Source: Caenibius sp.
Lineage (GTDB): Bacteria; Pseudomonadota; Alphaproteobacteria; Sphingomonadales; Sphingomonadaceae
Direction: 5' to 3'
Assembly: GCA_041396845.1 (NCBI GenBank)
Contig: JAWKXU010000002.1
Span: 446,519-510,518, forward strand
Length of the DNA stretch: 64,000 nucleotides
Positions 1 to 9,695 of this stretch are shown in pieces. A model generated the notes under the pieces. The model saw only the letters and a program-made list of their open reading frames with translations, did not search any database and was not told the DNA's origin. Numbering within the stretch: the stretch's first letter is position 1; every line of letters begins with the position of its first letter. A program made the translations under genes and the position numbers.

Positions 1-121
1 GCGGGGTTATCGGTGCGGGCGCATCGCGACGTTCAAGGTTGAGCAGATCTTCGTAAAACCGCGCCGAGCGATCGAGATCATCTGTAATAATGTTCACATG
101 ATCGAGTGCATGAACTTTCAT
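1..121 (-). CDS. VOC/glyoxalase-family protein, first ~40 codons only (runs off window)
   Basis: Minus-strand ATG at 119-121, then MKVHALDHVNIITDDLDRSARFYEDLLNLERRDAP, a typical start of glyoxalase/bleomycin-resistance/dioxygenase fold proteins. Not in the ORF track because it is truncated. Confidence 0.55.
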   Translation of the reverse strand, partial: MKVHALDHVNIITDDLDRSARFYEDLLNLERRDAPAPITP

Positions 122-298
122 GAGATCAACCCTGCAATTTCCTCTCGGCCAAGTGCCCTCGGCGGGTTGCACTTTGGAATGCGGATTTTGTCAGGTAATT
201 GTTTTACAGACAAGCGGATTACCCAATGCCGATATTTGATGCCGCAATTGCATCATTGGCCGTAACGATAACAAATATTCTTGAGGAGGCAGGTGCCT

Positions 299-682
299 AT
301 GTTCAGCCACATAATGATCGGCGCGCAGCGCATTCAGCAATCCAGAGCCTTCTATGACGCAATTCTTGGAACTCTGGAGCATGCGCCGGGCATCGCTGAT
401 GAAAAAGGGCGCATTTTCTACATGTCATTGACCCCGCCCCTGATAGTTGGTGAACCAATCGACGGGAAGCCTGCCACCGGGGCTAACGGTGGAACAATCG
501 GGTTTAGCGCCGGGGACAGCGCAACTGTCGACGCCTGGTTCGCGCAAGGACTGGCTCACGGCGGAACGGAATGCGAAGACCCGCCGGGCTTTCGCACAGG
601 GAACAAGGGGCGTTCCTATTATGCGGCGTATTTACGCGACCCTGCAGGCAACAAGGTTTGCGCAGTCTATCACCCGAAATGA
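299..682 (+). CDS. VOC (glyoxalase/bleomycin resistance/dioxygenase) family protein
   Basis: ORF 281..682. Start trimmed to ATG 299, which lies 9 nt after GAGGAGG (283-289). MFSHIMIGAQRIQQSRAFYDAILGTLEH is a VOC-type N-terminus. Confidence 0.7.
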   Translation: MFSHIMIGAQRIQQSRAFYDAILGTLEHAPGIADEKGRIFYMSLTPPLIVGEPIDGKPATGANGGTIGFSAGDSATVDAWFAQGLAHGGTECEDPPGFRTGNKGRSYYAAYLRDPAGNKVCAVYHPK

Positions 683-754
683 AAGCCGGGAAACGCGCAT
701 GGGAATGTCCCCCCTTCAATCACGCCCTGACCAGCCGGGCAGGGGGTTGATTGC

Positions 755-1645
755 TCAACCTTCCCAGCAAGTCCGTGCGAAATTGCCGATTTCGTCCAGC
801 GTTGTGGCCGCTGCCTGAAGGAAGGGGAAGAAAGTCCAGATATGGATGTAATCTTCCACAAGCGACAGTTTCACCGTGCCACCAGCATCCTCGATACTCT
901 TGGCCATTCGCACTGAATCATCGCGCAGTGCTTCGGACGCGCTGGCGCACAGATAGATCGGTGGCAGTCCATGATGCTGCCCCCATAGTGGGGAGGCGAG
1001 TGGATGCCCATGCGGGTCGATCTCTCCGATATAGACCTGCCCCATCCCGACAATCAGATCGCGATTGATCAAGGGGTCACTGGGGATATTGGCGCTATCG
1101 CCTTCGCCCGCCAGATCGAGCAGCGGGCAAATGCCGATACCACCTGCGGGAAGTGGCAAGCCCAGGTCGCGCAAGTTCAGCAAAGTCGCCATGCAAAGGC
1201 CACCACCTGCCGAATCCCCGCTGAGCAGAATATGCCGCGGATCCTTGTCAGCAATGACTGCCTTGTAAACGGCCAGCGCATCTTCGACCGGAGCGGGGTA
1301 AGGGTGTTCCGGCGCCAGTCGATAATCCACCAGCAGCACCGGCGCCCCGGTTGCCGCCGAAAGCCGACCTGCAAATTCGCGATAGGCATTGGCCGAACCC
1401 ATGACATAGCCGCCGCTGTGGAAATGGATGACCAGCCGTTCGTCGCTGACGCCCGGTGCCGCCACCTTGATGCAGGGGACACCGCCGACAGTCAGCGGAT
1501 CGATGGAAAGCTCGGCCGGCAGGCCAAGTTTGGCAGCCATGTCTTCAAAACCTGTGCGCCACACATCCATCGGTGCCGTCTGGTCTTCGGGCGTTGCCTC
1601 ACGAAAAAGGGCGACGCTGCGCGCCTTGGCGGCCTGTTCTGTCAT
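755..1645 (-). CDS. alpha/beta hydrolase, hormone-sensitive-lipase-type esterase
   Basis: ORF 755..1675. HFHSGGY oxyanion box and GDSAGG nucleophile elbow. Start trimmed to ATG 1645 (MTEQAAK), preceded by GGAGAG. Confidence 0.8.
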   Translation of the reverse strand: MTEQAAKARSVALFREATPEDQTAPMDVWRTGFEDMAAKLGLPAELSIDPLTVGGVPCIKVAAPGVSDERLVIHFHSGGYVMGSANAYREFAGRLSAATGAPVLLVDYRLAPEHPYPAPVEDALAVYKAVIADKDPRHILLSGDSAGGGLCMATLLNLRDLGLPLPAGGIGICPLLDLAGEGDSANIPSDPLINRDLIVGMGQVYIGEIDPHGHPLASPLWGQHHGLPPIYLCASASEALRDDSVRMAKSIEDAGGTVKLSLVEDYIHIWTFFPFLQAAATTLDEIGNFARTCWEG

Positions 1646-1686
1646 CTCTCCGGATATCCTTTTTTGTTTCGGCACGCCTTGCGGGC

Positions 1687-3324
1687 TTAAGCCATGACGA
1701 AACCTTCGTAATTGTTGGCTTCGACTTCGGCAACCTTGTCACGATAGGTGCGGTTGCCGCCATTATAGACCAGCAGCTTGTGCCCCCGTTCCGCACCCTT
1801 GCCAAATTCGCTCCAGAACCAGGAATTGGTCGCAGTCGTCAGCAGGGTCTGATTGGCGATGTCATAGACATGCTGGGTCCATTCCTCCGCTTTTTGCTCT
1901 TCCGCCTCGACCCGGACGACGCCTTCCTCGACGATATGCTTGAACAAGTCGGTCACCCAGTTGACCTGCGCTTCCGAACAGCGCGGAATGTTGCAGAACG
2001 TTGCGCCATTGTGAGCCGCGATCAGCGTGAAGAGGTTCGGGAATTCCGGCACTTGCAGGCCAAGGTAAGTGAACGGCCCGTTTTCCCATGCTTCCTTCAG
2101 CGTTTTGCCGCCGATGCCGTGAATGTCCATCTGCTTCAGCCCGCCGATAATCGCATCGAAGCCGGTGGCATAGATGATGATGTCCAAATCCTGAAGTTCC
2201 GCACTGGTGCGAATCCCTTCGGCCGTGAACTCCTCTATCGGGGTCTCGTTGAGATCGACCAGCGTGACGTTGGGCTGGTTGAAAACTTCGTAATATCCCG
2301 ATTCCATCGGCACACGTTTTAGCCCGAAGCCATGATCCTGTGGGATCAGCTTTTCGGCTATCCTGGGGTCTTTCACCCGCTGGCGGATTTTTTTGGCGAT
2401 GAAGTCGGTGATGTACCCGTTCACAACCGGATCGGTGAACATGTCCGCATAGTGCCCGACCCAGATGGCATAGCCCGACTGGTTGTAGAGTTCCTCGAAA
2501 AGCGCCTCACGCTCTTCCGGAGTGGTGCCGGCTGCAGTTTCAAACATGAAATCGTGCTGGAAACCCGAATTGGTATTTTCGCAGACGGTGAAAATTTCAT
2601 TATAGCGGGACTTGATGTCAGCCATGCGTTCCGGCTCAATCGGCTTGTCGCAAAGCGGCGCACACCAGTTGGGATGGCGCTGATAGACGTAAAGCTCGCT
2701 GGCCGTTTTGGCGACTTCGGTGATGATCTGGACGCCAGTCGCCCCGGTGCCGATTACGCCAACTTTCTTGCCAGAAAAATCGACTTGCTTGCCACCGTAA
2801 CCACCACGTTCATGCGGCCAGTAATAACTGTGGTATGTTTCCCCCCGAAACAGATCCATGCCCGGATAGTTCGGCGTGTTGGGAGTCGAGAGCGCACCAA
2901 CGCAAGTCAGCACGAAGCGCGCGCGCAGAACTTCGGCGTTGTCGAGCTCGACTGTCCAGCCGTTGTCCGCTTCATCAAAAACGGCCTTCATCACCTGCGT
3001 ATTGAAAGTGATATCCTTGCGGACATCCATCTTGTCTGCCGCAAGGCTGAAAAATTCCATCAGCTGGGGCTGGGTCGCAAATTCGTTGGGCCAGTCCCAT
3101 TCCTGCAGCAGGTCCGGCAGGAATGAGTAGGCATAAGTATAGGATTCCGAATCCAGCTTGCAGCCGGGATAACGGTTCATATTCCAGGTGCCACCGATAT
3201 CGCCGTTTTTCTCGATAACGCGGACTGAAAGGCCCAGCTTGCGCAATTTCCAGAGCGTATACATGCCGGTAATCCCGGCACCGATGATGATAACGTCGTA
3301 ATCGAATTGGGCAGGAGCCGACAT
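1687..3324 (-). CDS. Baeyer-Villiger (flavin-dependent, type I) monooxygenase
   Basis: ORF 1687..3384. GAGITG and GTGATG dinucleotide folds plus the BVMO fingerprint FRGETYHSYYWP (FxGxxxHxxxW[P/D]). Start trimmed to ATG 3324 (GAGGA upstream). Confidence 0.85.
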   Translation of the reverse strand: MSAPAQFDYDVIIIGAGITGMYTLWKLRKLGLSVRVIEKNGDIGGTWNMNRYPGCKLDSESYTYAYSFLPDLLQEWDWPNEFATQPQLMEFFSLAADKMDVRKDITFNTQVMKAVFDEADNGWTVELDNAEVLRARFVLTCVGALSTPNTPNYPGMDLFRGETYHSYYWPHERGGYGGKQVDFSGKKVGVIGTGATGVQIITEVAKTASELYVYQRHPNWCAPLCDKPIEPERMADIKSRYNEIFTVCENTNSGFQHDFMFETAAGTTPEEREALFEELYNQSGYAIWVGHYADMFTDPVVNGYITDFIAKKIRQRVKDPRIAEKLIPQDHGFGLKRVPMESGYYEVFNQPNVTLVDLNETPIEEFTAEGIRTSAELQDLDIIIYATGFDAIIGGLKQMDIHGIGGKTLKEAWENGPFTYLGLQVPEFPNLFTLIAAHNGATFCNIPRCSEAQVNWVTDLFKHIVEEGVVRVEAEEQKAEEWTQHVYDIANQTLLTTATNSWFWSEFGKGAERGHKLLVYNGGNRTYRDKVAEVEANNYEGFVMA

Positions 3325-3482
3325 ATAATCCTCGTCCATGGGTTGTCTGGCGGGCTTCGTACGAAGCTGCAAAGCGCCGTTCATTGACGTGTATCAAGTG
3401 CCAGCGACCATTGTCTCTGGCAAGCCCGCAATCGCAGGGTTGCTGTTGCAATCAGGCGGGCATTCGCGCAGTTATAAACCAT

Positions 3483-4259
3483 ATGGACAAAAACACATCA
3501 CCGCTTGTCGACTTTACTGACAGGCATATCGCGATTGTTGGCGCTGCCGGCGATATCGGCACTGCCATTGTTGATGTTCTTCTGGCGCATGGCGCAAGAG
3601 TGACTGCGATTGATCGCGACCCTGACTTGCTGGATGCCCTGAAAGACTTACCCGGTGCGTCGGATAAAACACTGGCAACGCACGTCGCCGATGTGACGGA
3701 CGAAAGTCGCATGGCAGACGCGTTTGCAGCGGCGGGACCAATTGATGGGCTGGTGAACGGTGCCGGCATAGAACATCGGCCTTTGCCAATCACGGAACTT
3801 GAAACTGCGGTCCTGCGCAAAGTCATGGATGTGAATGTGACGGGTGTGTTTCTGGGCATGAAATATGGCTTGCCGATGCTGCGCAAACCGGGCGGCGCGG
3901 TCGTAAACTTTTCAAGCACTGCGGGCATCAAGGGGTCCGGCAAAATGAGCGCTTATGTCGCCAGCAAACATGCGGTGATCGGCCTGACGCGATGCGCTGC
4001 CATCGAATCCGGGCCGGATGGCATACGCGTCAATGCCATTTGCCCCGGACCGATCGAAGGGCGGATGATCGATGCCATCATGGGCAGCAAGCCGGGCGCG
4101 CCATCACCCACCGCCAAGGCGCGGATGGAGGTCATCCCCAGTCGCCGCTTTGGCGAACGGACCGAAATTGCAAACGTCACGGCCTTTCTGCTTTCGGACG
4201 CGGCAGGATACGTCAATGGCGCATGCTACAGTGTCGATGGAGGCATATCGGCCATCTGA
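3483..4259 (+). CDS. SDR-family oxidoreductase
   Basis: ORF 3384..4259, trimmed to ATG 3483 (MDKNTSPL). IVGAAGDIGTA cofactor motif, NGAG, catalytic YVASK. Confidence 0.8.
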   Translation: MDKNTSPLVDFTDRHIAIVGAAGDIGTAIVDVLLAHGARVTAIDRDPDLLDALKDLPGASDKTLATHVADVTDESRMADAFAAAGPIDGLVNGAGIEHRPLPITELETAVLRKVMDVNVTGVFLGMKYGLPMLRKPGGAVVNFSSTAGIKGSGKMSAYVASKHAVIGLTRCAAIESGPDGIRVNAICPGPIEGRMIDAIMGSKPGAPSPTAKARMEVIPSRRFGERTEIANVTAFLLSDAAGYVNGACYSVDGGISAI

Positions 4260-4313
4260 CCACATGCTTCGTGACGCTTGATCCCACCGCCAGAATATAG
4301 AGAGGATGATTAA

Positions 4314-5255
4314 ATGGAAAAGCGAAAGCTGGGGAACACAGACCTTGCAATCATGCCGCTGATTTTTGGTGGCAACGTATTTGGCTGGACTGCGGATAAG
4401 GCCATGAGCTTTGCCTTGCTGGATGCCTTTTTCGAAGCAGGCTTCAATGCAATCGACACTGCCGATGTCTATTGTCGCTTCGTCCCCGGAAAGGAAGGTG
4501 GCGAATCCGAAACCATCATCGGCGAATGGATGAAGGATCGTGGGGTTCGGGACCAGATCGTGCTCATCACCAAGGGTGGAATGGACATGGGCGAAGGCAA
4601 GTTTGGCCTTGGCAAGGCTTATGTCTCCCAAGCCTGTGAAGCATCGCTGAAGCGCCTGCAGACCGACTATATTGATCTTTACATGGCCCATCAGCCGGAC
4701 CCGAACACGCCGATTGGAGAGACGCTTGAGGGATTTCAGGCGCTAATTGACAGCGGCAAGGTTCGCTACGCATCGTGTTCAAACTATACGGCAGAACAAC
4801 TGACCGAAGCCCTGAACGCTGCGGGCGGCGGATGTGCCCGTTTCGAGGTTCTCCAGCCCCATTACAACCTGATCGAACGTAGCGCCTATGAAGGCGCCCT
4901 TGAGAGCCTGTGCCTGAAGGAAAACCTTGGCGTCATTCCCTACTTCGCGCTCGCCGCAGGCTTTCTGACAGGCAAGTATCGCAGCAAGAAGGATCTGCGC
5001 GAAAACATGCGCTCCAGCATGGTTGCCGGATACCTTGAGCCTCGCGGGCTTTCGCTGCTGGATACGCTCGACACTGTTGCGCAAAAGCACTCTGCCACGC
5101 CTGCGCAAATTGCGCTCGCCTGGCTGATGGCGCGCCCTTCCATTACGGCCCCGATTGCCAGTGCAACCAATCCTGACCAGTTAGGCAGTCTGCTGAAAGT
5201 TCCGGAAATCACGCTCGATCAGGATGACATTACACGCCTGAATAACTTGGCATAG
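4314..5255 (+). CDS. aldo/keto reductase
   Basis: 313-aa ORF with AKR-type motifs (NAIDTADVY, LYMAHQPDP, CSNY). GAGAGG lies upstream of the ATG. Confidence 0.85.
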   Translation: MEKRKLGNTDLAIMPLIFGGNVFGWTADKAMSFALLDAFFEAGFNAIDTADVYCRFVPGKEGGESETIIGEWMKDRGVRDQIVLITKGGMDMGEGKFGLGKAYVSQACEASLKRLQTDYIDLYMAHQPDPNTPIGETLEGFQALIDSGKVRYASCSNYTAEQLTEALNAAGGGCARFEVLQPHYNLIERSAYEGALESLCLKENLGVIPYFALAAGFLTGKYRSKKDLRENMRSSMVAGYLEPRGLSLLDTLDTVAQKHSATPAQIALAWLMARPSITAPIASATNPDQLGSLLKVPEITLDQDDITRLNNLA

Positions 5256-5273
5256 GCTTAGGGTCACGCCGCT

Positions 5274-5315
5274 TATAGCGTTTCGTGAAAAGGTTGAATC
5301 GGAAGAAACGCTATA
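5274..5315. terminator. hairpin between the convergent AKR and receptor genes
   Basis: Perfect 11-bp inverted repeat TATAGCGTTTC / GAAACGCTATA (5274-5284, 5305-5315), followed by GGCTTTTAAT. Confidence 0.45.
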
Positions 5316-5457
5316 GGCTTTTAATCTGTCGCATTTCCTGGCCGAAAAGCTTTAGACGGCGCACTGGCTTCAGTCCTCTTGCAAGGTCGAAAAAGCAGCG
5401 CGGCGCGCCTTGCCCCGCCCGACAGGCCGGGATGAACAAAACGCGCTGCGCTTGGCC

Positions 5458-7000
5458 TCACATCTTGAGGCCGACGGTCACACCATAAGTTGCAGGCATT
5501 CCGGCGTAGCGGACAATCGTATCGAACGCGGGGTAAGCTGTGTTCCAGTAGTATTTGTCGAACACGTTCTTGCCCCAGACTTCGACGCGCCAATGGTCGC
5601 TATCAATGCCTGCCCGCAGATTGACGAGACTATAGGAATCGATGCCATAGAGCGGGAAGTCCTGTGGCGTCGCAGAGGGCGGGTTTTCTGCGCCGCCGAC
5701 GACTGAAATCGTCTTTGATCGGTATGTCACCGTTCCTCCGAAAAACGCATCAACAGAATCGCCCACCGGGAATTGGTATTGGCCATCAAAGCTCAGATTC
5801 CATTTTGGCGAGTATGGCATTGCCGTACCTGCAAAATCGCCTGAAAGCCCGGATGCATTTTCACCTACGAACTTGTCGATTTCGCCTTTGGTATATGTTG
5901 CCGAAGCCATGAGTGTAAGGCCATCGACAGGTGCCGCAGTCACTTCAAGTTCGGCCCCCTTCACAGTCGATTTCGGAATATTCTGAACGGAATCCAGCCA
6001 GCCCCAAACGGGATCATTTGTCCGCGCCCTTAGCTGCTTGTTTTTGTAGTCATAATAAAAGGCGGCGCCGTTTATCTGGAGTCTGCGATCAAGCAGCGAA
6101 AGTTTTGCACCCACTTCGTAATCAACGACCGACTCTTCCTTCAGCTTGAGGAACTGGCTCCAGACCGAGGCACCGATGGCAGGGAAGCCGCCGCTCTTGT
6201 AACCCTTTGCCACGTTGGCATAAACAAGAATGCCATCCTGTGGCTTCCAGTCGAGGCCGAACTTCCAGGAAACATTATTTTCCTTTTCTGAATCGATAAA
6301 CCTGCCAGGCGTAAATGGCGGAACACCATTTAGTGCCTCACCAAGATCATTGATCGGATAACAATCACCCGGCGTATAGTTCCCCGCGCCGTAAAAAATT
6401 TCCCCGACATTATACGGTTCATTGATGTCAGCACCGCAGTTGTTGGTCGACATCTTGGCGTGGGTGTAACGTACGCCAGCCTTCGCCGTCAGCTCTGGCA
6501 CAAAATCATATTCGAGGCTGGCAAAGGCAGCCAGGGATTTGGTTTTTTGATCGACATAGAAGATGTTATCGCCCTGAATGCCGAACGCGTTTGCAGTTGA
6601 GGCGACATTCCACTGGTACCCGCTGAACTGATGTATCTTGTCATTCTGATAATTGCCGCCAACCATCCAGCGGAAACGGTTCGTCCCGCCATTTGCCAAG
6701 CGCAATTCCTGGAAGAAGCTTTTGATGCTTCCTTTTTCCGGATTATAGAGTTCTTCTTCCAGCGCGGTACCATCCCAGTCGATCCGTTCCCACTGCTTGA
6801 GTTTGGAATAGGAACTGAGCGATGTCAGAGTAACATCATCGAACAGTTCAAAGTCCCCGCGGAGCGAAAACTGGTAGAAATGATTGTCGCGCTTGGGCAG
6901 GCCGGGAACCCAGTCTGCAGCGGTATTTTCGGCCGGCGCAAGCGGCGAGCCAAGAACATCGGGATCGCCAAAGCCCGGAATCTGGACGTTGAAGCTGACG
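5458..7000 (-). pseudogene. TonB-dependent receptor, C-terminal beta-barrel part only (plug/N-terminus missing)
   Basis: The frame of ORF 5458..6705 stays open upstream to the IS end at 7000 (my manual translation: ..VSFNVQIPGFGDPDVLGSP..QELRLANGG..). Barrel-type repeats such as GVRYTHAK and YGVTVGLKM-stop. No start codon or plug domain before the IS. Confidence 0.75.
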
Positions 7001-7059
7001 TGACCCCCTGATTTTCCTCCACGAGCGATTAGAGTCTGGCCTTGAAGGAAGGACAGACG

Positions 7060-7326
7060 ATGAAGCGTACGAGGTTTTCAGAAGAGCAGATTATCGGGGT
7101 GCTGAAGGAAGCGGAGGCGGGAGCCAAGACCGCTGACCTGGCCCGTCGGCACGGTGTATCTGAAGCGACGATCTACAACTGGAAGTCGAAGTATGGCGGG
7201 ATGGAAGTGTCCGATGCCCGCCGACTGAAGGAGCTCGAGAGCGAGAACGCCAAGCTCAAGCGGCTGCTGGCCGATGCGATGCTGGACAAGGCTGCTCTGA
7301 AGGATCTTCTGGCAAAAAAGTTCTGA
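7060..7326 (+). CDS. IS3-family transposase OrfA (HTH)
   Basis: MKRTRFSEEQIIGVLKEAEAGAKTADLARRHGVSEATIYNWKSKYGG, typical of IS407-group OrfA. GAAGGAAGGA lies before ATG 7060. A AAA AAG slippery heptamer at 7314-7320. Confidence 0.85.
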   Translation: MKRTRFSEEQIIGVLKEAEAGAKTADLARRHGVSEATIYNWKSKYGGMEVSDARRLKELESENAKLKRLLADAMLDKAALKDLLAKKF

Positions 7327-8229
7327 CGCCCGCCGCGCAGCGGGAAGCTGTTGCTCATCTCCAGGTGTGCCACGGGATGAGCGAGCGGCGGGCGTGCCGT
7401 GTTATCGATGCTGATCGCAAAAGCGTGCGTTACCGTTCCACCCGGGACGATGATGCCGAGCTTCGCGAGAAGCTGCGCGAGCTGGCCAACCAGCGTCGCC
7501 GGTTCGGCTATCGCCGTCTGCATATCCTGCTGCGCCGGGAGGATCATGATCAACCGCAAGAAGACCCAGAGGCTCTACAAGGAAGAAGGGCTGGCAGTAA
7601 GGCGACGACGAAGCCGCAGGCGTGCTGTTGGCACAAGGGCACCTGCTCCGGTTCTGGCGCTGCCGAACCAGCGCTGGAGCCTGGACTTTGTTCACGACCA
7701 GATGGCTTCGGGAAGACGGTTCCGGGTGCTCAACGTGGTCGATGACGTGACCCGGGAGTGCCTGGCAGCGGTGCCGGACACCTCGATCTCTGGTCGCCGT
7801 GTCGTTCGCGAGCTGACCGCACTGATCGAACAGCGCGGCAAGCCAGGCATGATCGTCAGCGACAATGGCACCGAGCTCACCAGCAACGCTGTGCTGGCAT
7901 GGTGCGGCGAGGTCGGCGTGGAGTGGCATTACATCGCGCCCGGAAGGCCGATGCAGAATGGCTATGTCGAGAGCTTCAATGGCCGCATGCGCGACGAACT
8001 GCTCAACGAGACGCTGTTCTTGAGCATGGCCCATGCCCGTGTCGAGATCGCGGCCTGGGTCGAAGACTACAATCGGGAGCGACCACACTCGTCTCTCGGT
8101 TACGCAACACCGGCGGCGTTCGCCGCTGAACTGGATAAGCAATGGCCTGCTTCGCTACGCCCTACGGGCTCCGCTACGCAGCCCATTGCTTCAACCGCGC
8201 TTATGCGCAAAACAACCGCCCGGCTCTAA
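7314..8229 (+). pseudogene. IS3-family transposase OrfB (DDE), carrying an extra frameshift
   Basis: The N-terminal third (..[35 protein letters not shown]) is in the -1 frame, as expected. The DDE part ([37 protein letters not shown]) is back in the orfA frame. The switch lies near 7536-7548. Confidence 0.75.
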
Positions 8230-8777
8230 TCCCAGCTGGGGGAAAGCTGGGGGTCACGTCAGCGGGAATATGGCGTTCAGCATCCGCTGGAAATATCGTC
8301 AAAATCCGAGGATCCTCTCGGTGTCGCATTATCGAGCTTCAACCTAACTTTCGTGACCCAGCGAAGGCGGAAACTCACGGTAGAAGCCGCATTCCAAGGC
8401 AGTAAGGTCTTTGAAGGCGGGGGCCCTTCATCGATATTTTCAAAAAGACTCCGGTCGAGGCAAAACGAGATGAGAGGCTCCGCTCAAGCGGCGCACTTAC
8501 CAAGTTTTCGTCTTTGGAATTGACTGAGCAATAGAGCCGAAGACAGCATTTTACGATTGACTCTACATCTATGCACTTCTGAAGAACACTGATCTAATAA
8601 GCCAACTGACGGATCGCGATGGTTTTACAGATATCGAATTTAACCCAGAGCGCTCCATCAACTGCCAAGCCAGATCAGCTGCATTGTTCTGTGCGTTGTT
8701 CCACACGGACAAGTTGAACTTCGCACTTGAGAGCCGCGAAAACTTCCTTTCCTTGTACAAGGGGCGGGTTTCCGATC

Positions 8778-9375
8778 TGTTGATTTCCGCTGAGATTTGA
8801 CCCGGGAGGGGAGATAATTTTCATTGAGATTTGACCCATGTTTGAACGGCTTCCGATCTTTGGATTGGAGGCGACATGGAGTGATCGAGATGGATTTACT
8901 GAGTGTGATCCGGCGCTGGCGTTTTCGCGACAAGCTGCCGATCCGGGAGATAGGGCGGCGCACAGGACTGTCGCGTAACACGATCCGCAAATATCTGCGC
9001 AGCGGCGAGGTGGAACCAGTGTTCAAGGTTCCCGATCGGCCGAGCAAGCTGGACCCGTATGCCGATAAGCTGTCAGGCTGGCAAGTCACGCAAGCAGCGC
9101 CGCACGGTGAAGCAGATGCACGCCGATCTGGTGGAACTGGGCTTTGACGGTTCCTACGGGCGCGTTGCCGCCTTTGCTCGGCGGTGGAAGGCACAGTTGC
9201 AATATGAGCAGCAGACCAGCGGGCGCGGGACATTCGTGCCGCTAGTGTTCGCACCGGGCGAAGCGTTCCAGTTCGATTGGAGCGAAGACTGGGCGGTTGT
9301 TGCCGGCGAGCGGGTCAAGTTGCAGGCAGCGCATACCAAGCTGTCGCACAGCAAGGCGTTCATCGTGCGCGCCTA
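8778..9375 (+). mobile_element. IS21-family element, dead 5' fragment (terminal repeat plus first ~1/3 of istA)
   Basis: Starts TGTTGATTTCCGCTGAGATTTGACCC, with repeated GAGATTTGACCC boxes as at the end of the full copy (28374). Encodes MDLLSVIRRWRFRDKLPIREIGRRTGLSRNTIRKYL..AFIVRAY. Has a 17-bp deletion relative to the full copy, and homology stops at ~9375. Confidence 0.85.
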
Positions 9376-9566
9376 TCGCCATAGCCGTCGAATGCCACGA
9401 CGAGGTTGACGATGCCGGCGGATGACAGCGCGTCGAAGATCGCGTTCTGATTGATCGGACGCAGTTCTTCGAACAGGGCATTGCGCGCGGCTTCTCGCTC
9501 CAGATAGGACTGCCAGCGCGCCTCGGTATCTGCGGCAGTCGCCTCTTGTGTGGGTACATCGGTCAT
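9376..9566 (-). pseudogene. ICE-type small protein (DUF6878-like), N-terminal fragment truncated by the IS21 fragment
   Basis: MTDVPTQEATAADTEARWQSYLEREAARNALFEELRPINQNAIFDALSSAGIVNLVVAFDGYGD, then it runs into IS21 sequence. GGAG lies before ATG 9566. The family call is from memory of ICE gene sets. Confidence 0.5.
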
Positions 9567-9576
9567 GGCTGAACTC

Positions 9577-9625
9577 CATGACGGGCCTGCCAGGAGCCTC
9601 TCTCCCGACACTCCGGCCCGTCACG
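9577..9625 (-). promoter_or_regulatory. conserved leader stem-loop, copy A (upstream of the DUF6878-like gene)
   Basis: Outer stem 9577-9587 / 9615-9625. Invariant loop AGCCTCTCTCCCG at 9595-9607 (plus-strand notation). Ends just before the GGAG SD. Confidence 0.5.
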
Positions 9626-9695
9626 AAGCGAAGCGCCGCCCTCTTCCTCTAAAGGGGGCAGCGCAACGCAAGAGGAACCGGGGTGTTTGAAAGGG

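Larger units (their letters stand above)
7001..8256 (+). mobile_element. IS3-family insertion sequence (IS407-like), ~1.26 kb, transposase frameshifted
   Basis: Imperfect terminal inverted repeats TGACCCCCTGATTTTCC (7001-) and TGACCCCCAGCTTTCCC (reverse complement of 8240-8256). Two-ORF transposase. The ends could be 6996/8261 if the extra GACG/CGTC is counted. Confidence 0.85.

Noticed and set aside
8569-8760. 63-aa minus-strand ORF in the orphan segment.
   Set aside because: No recognisable motif, no SD, and it sits in a scrap of DNA between two IS ends. Insufficient support for a CDS call.
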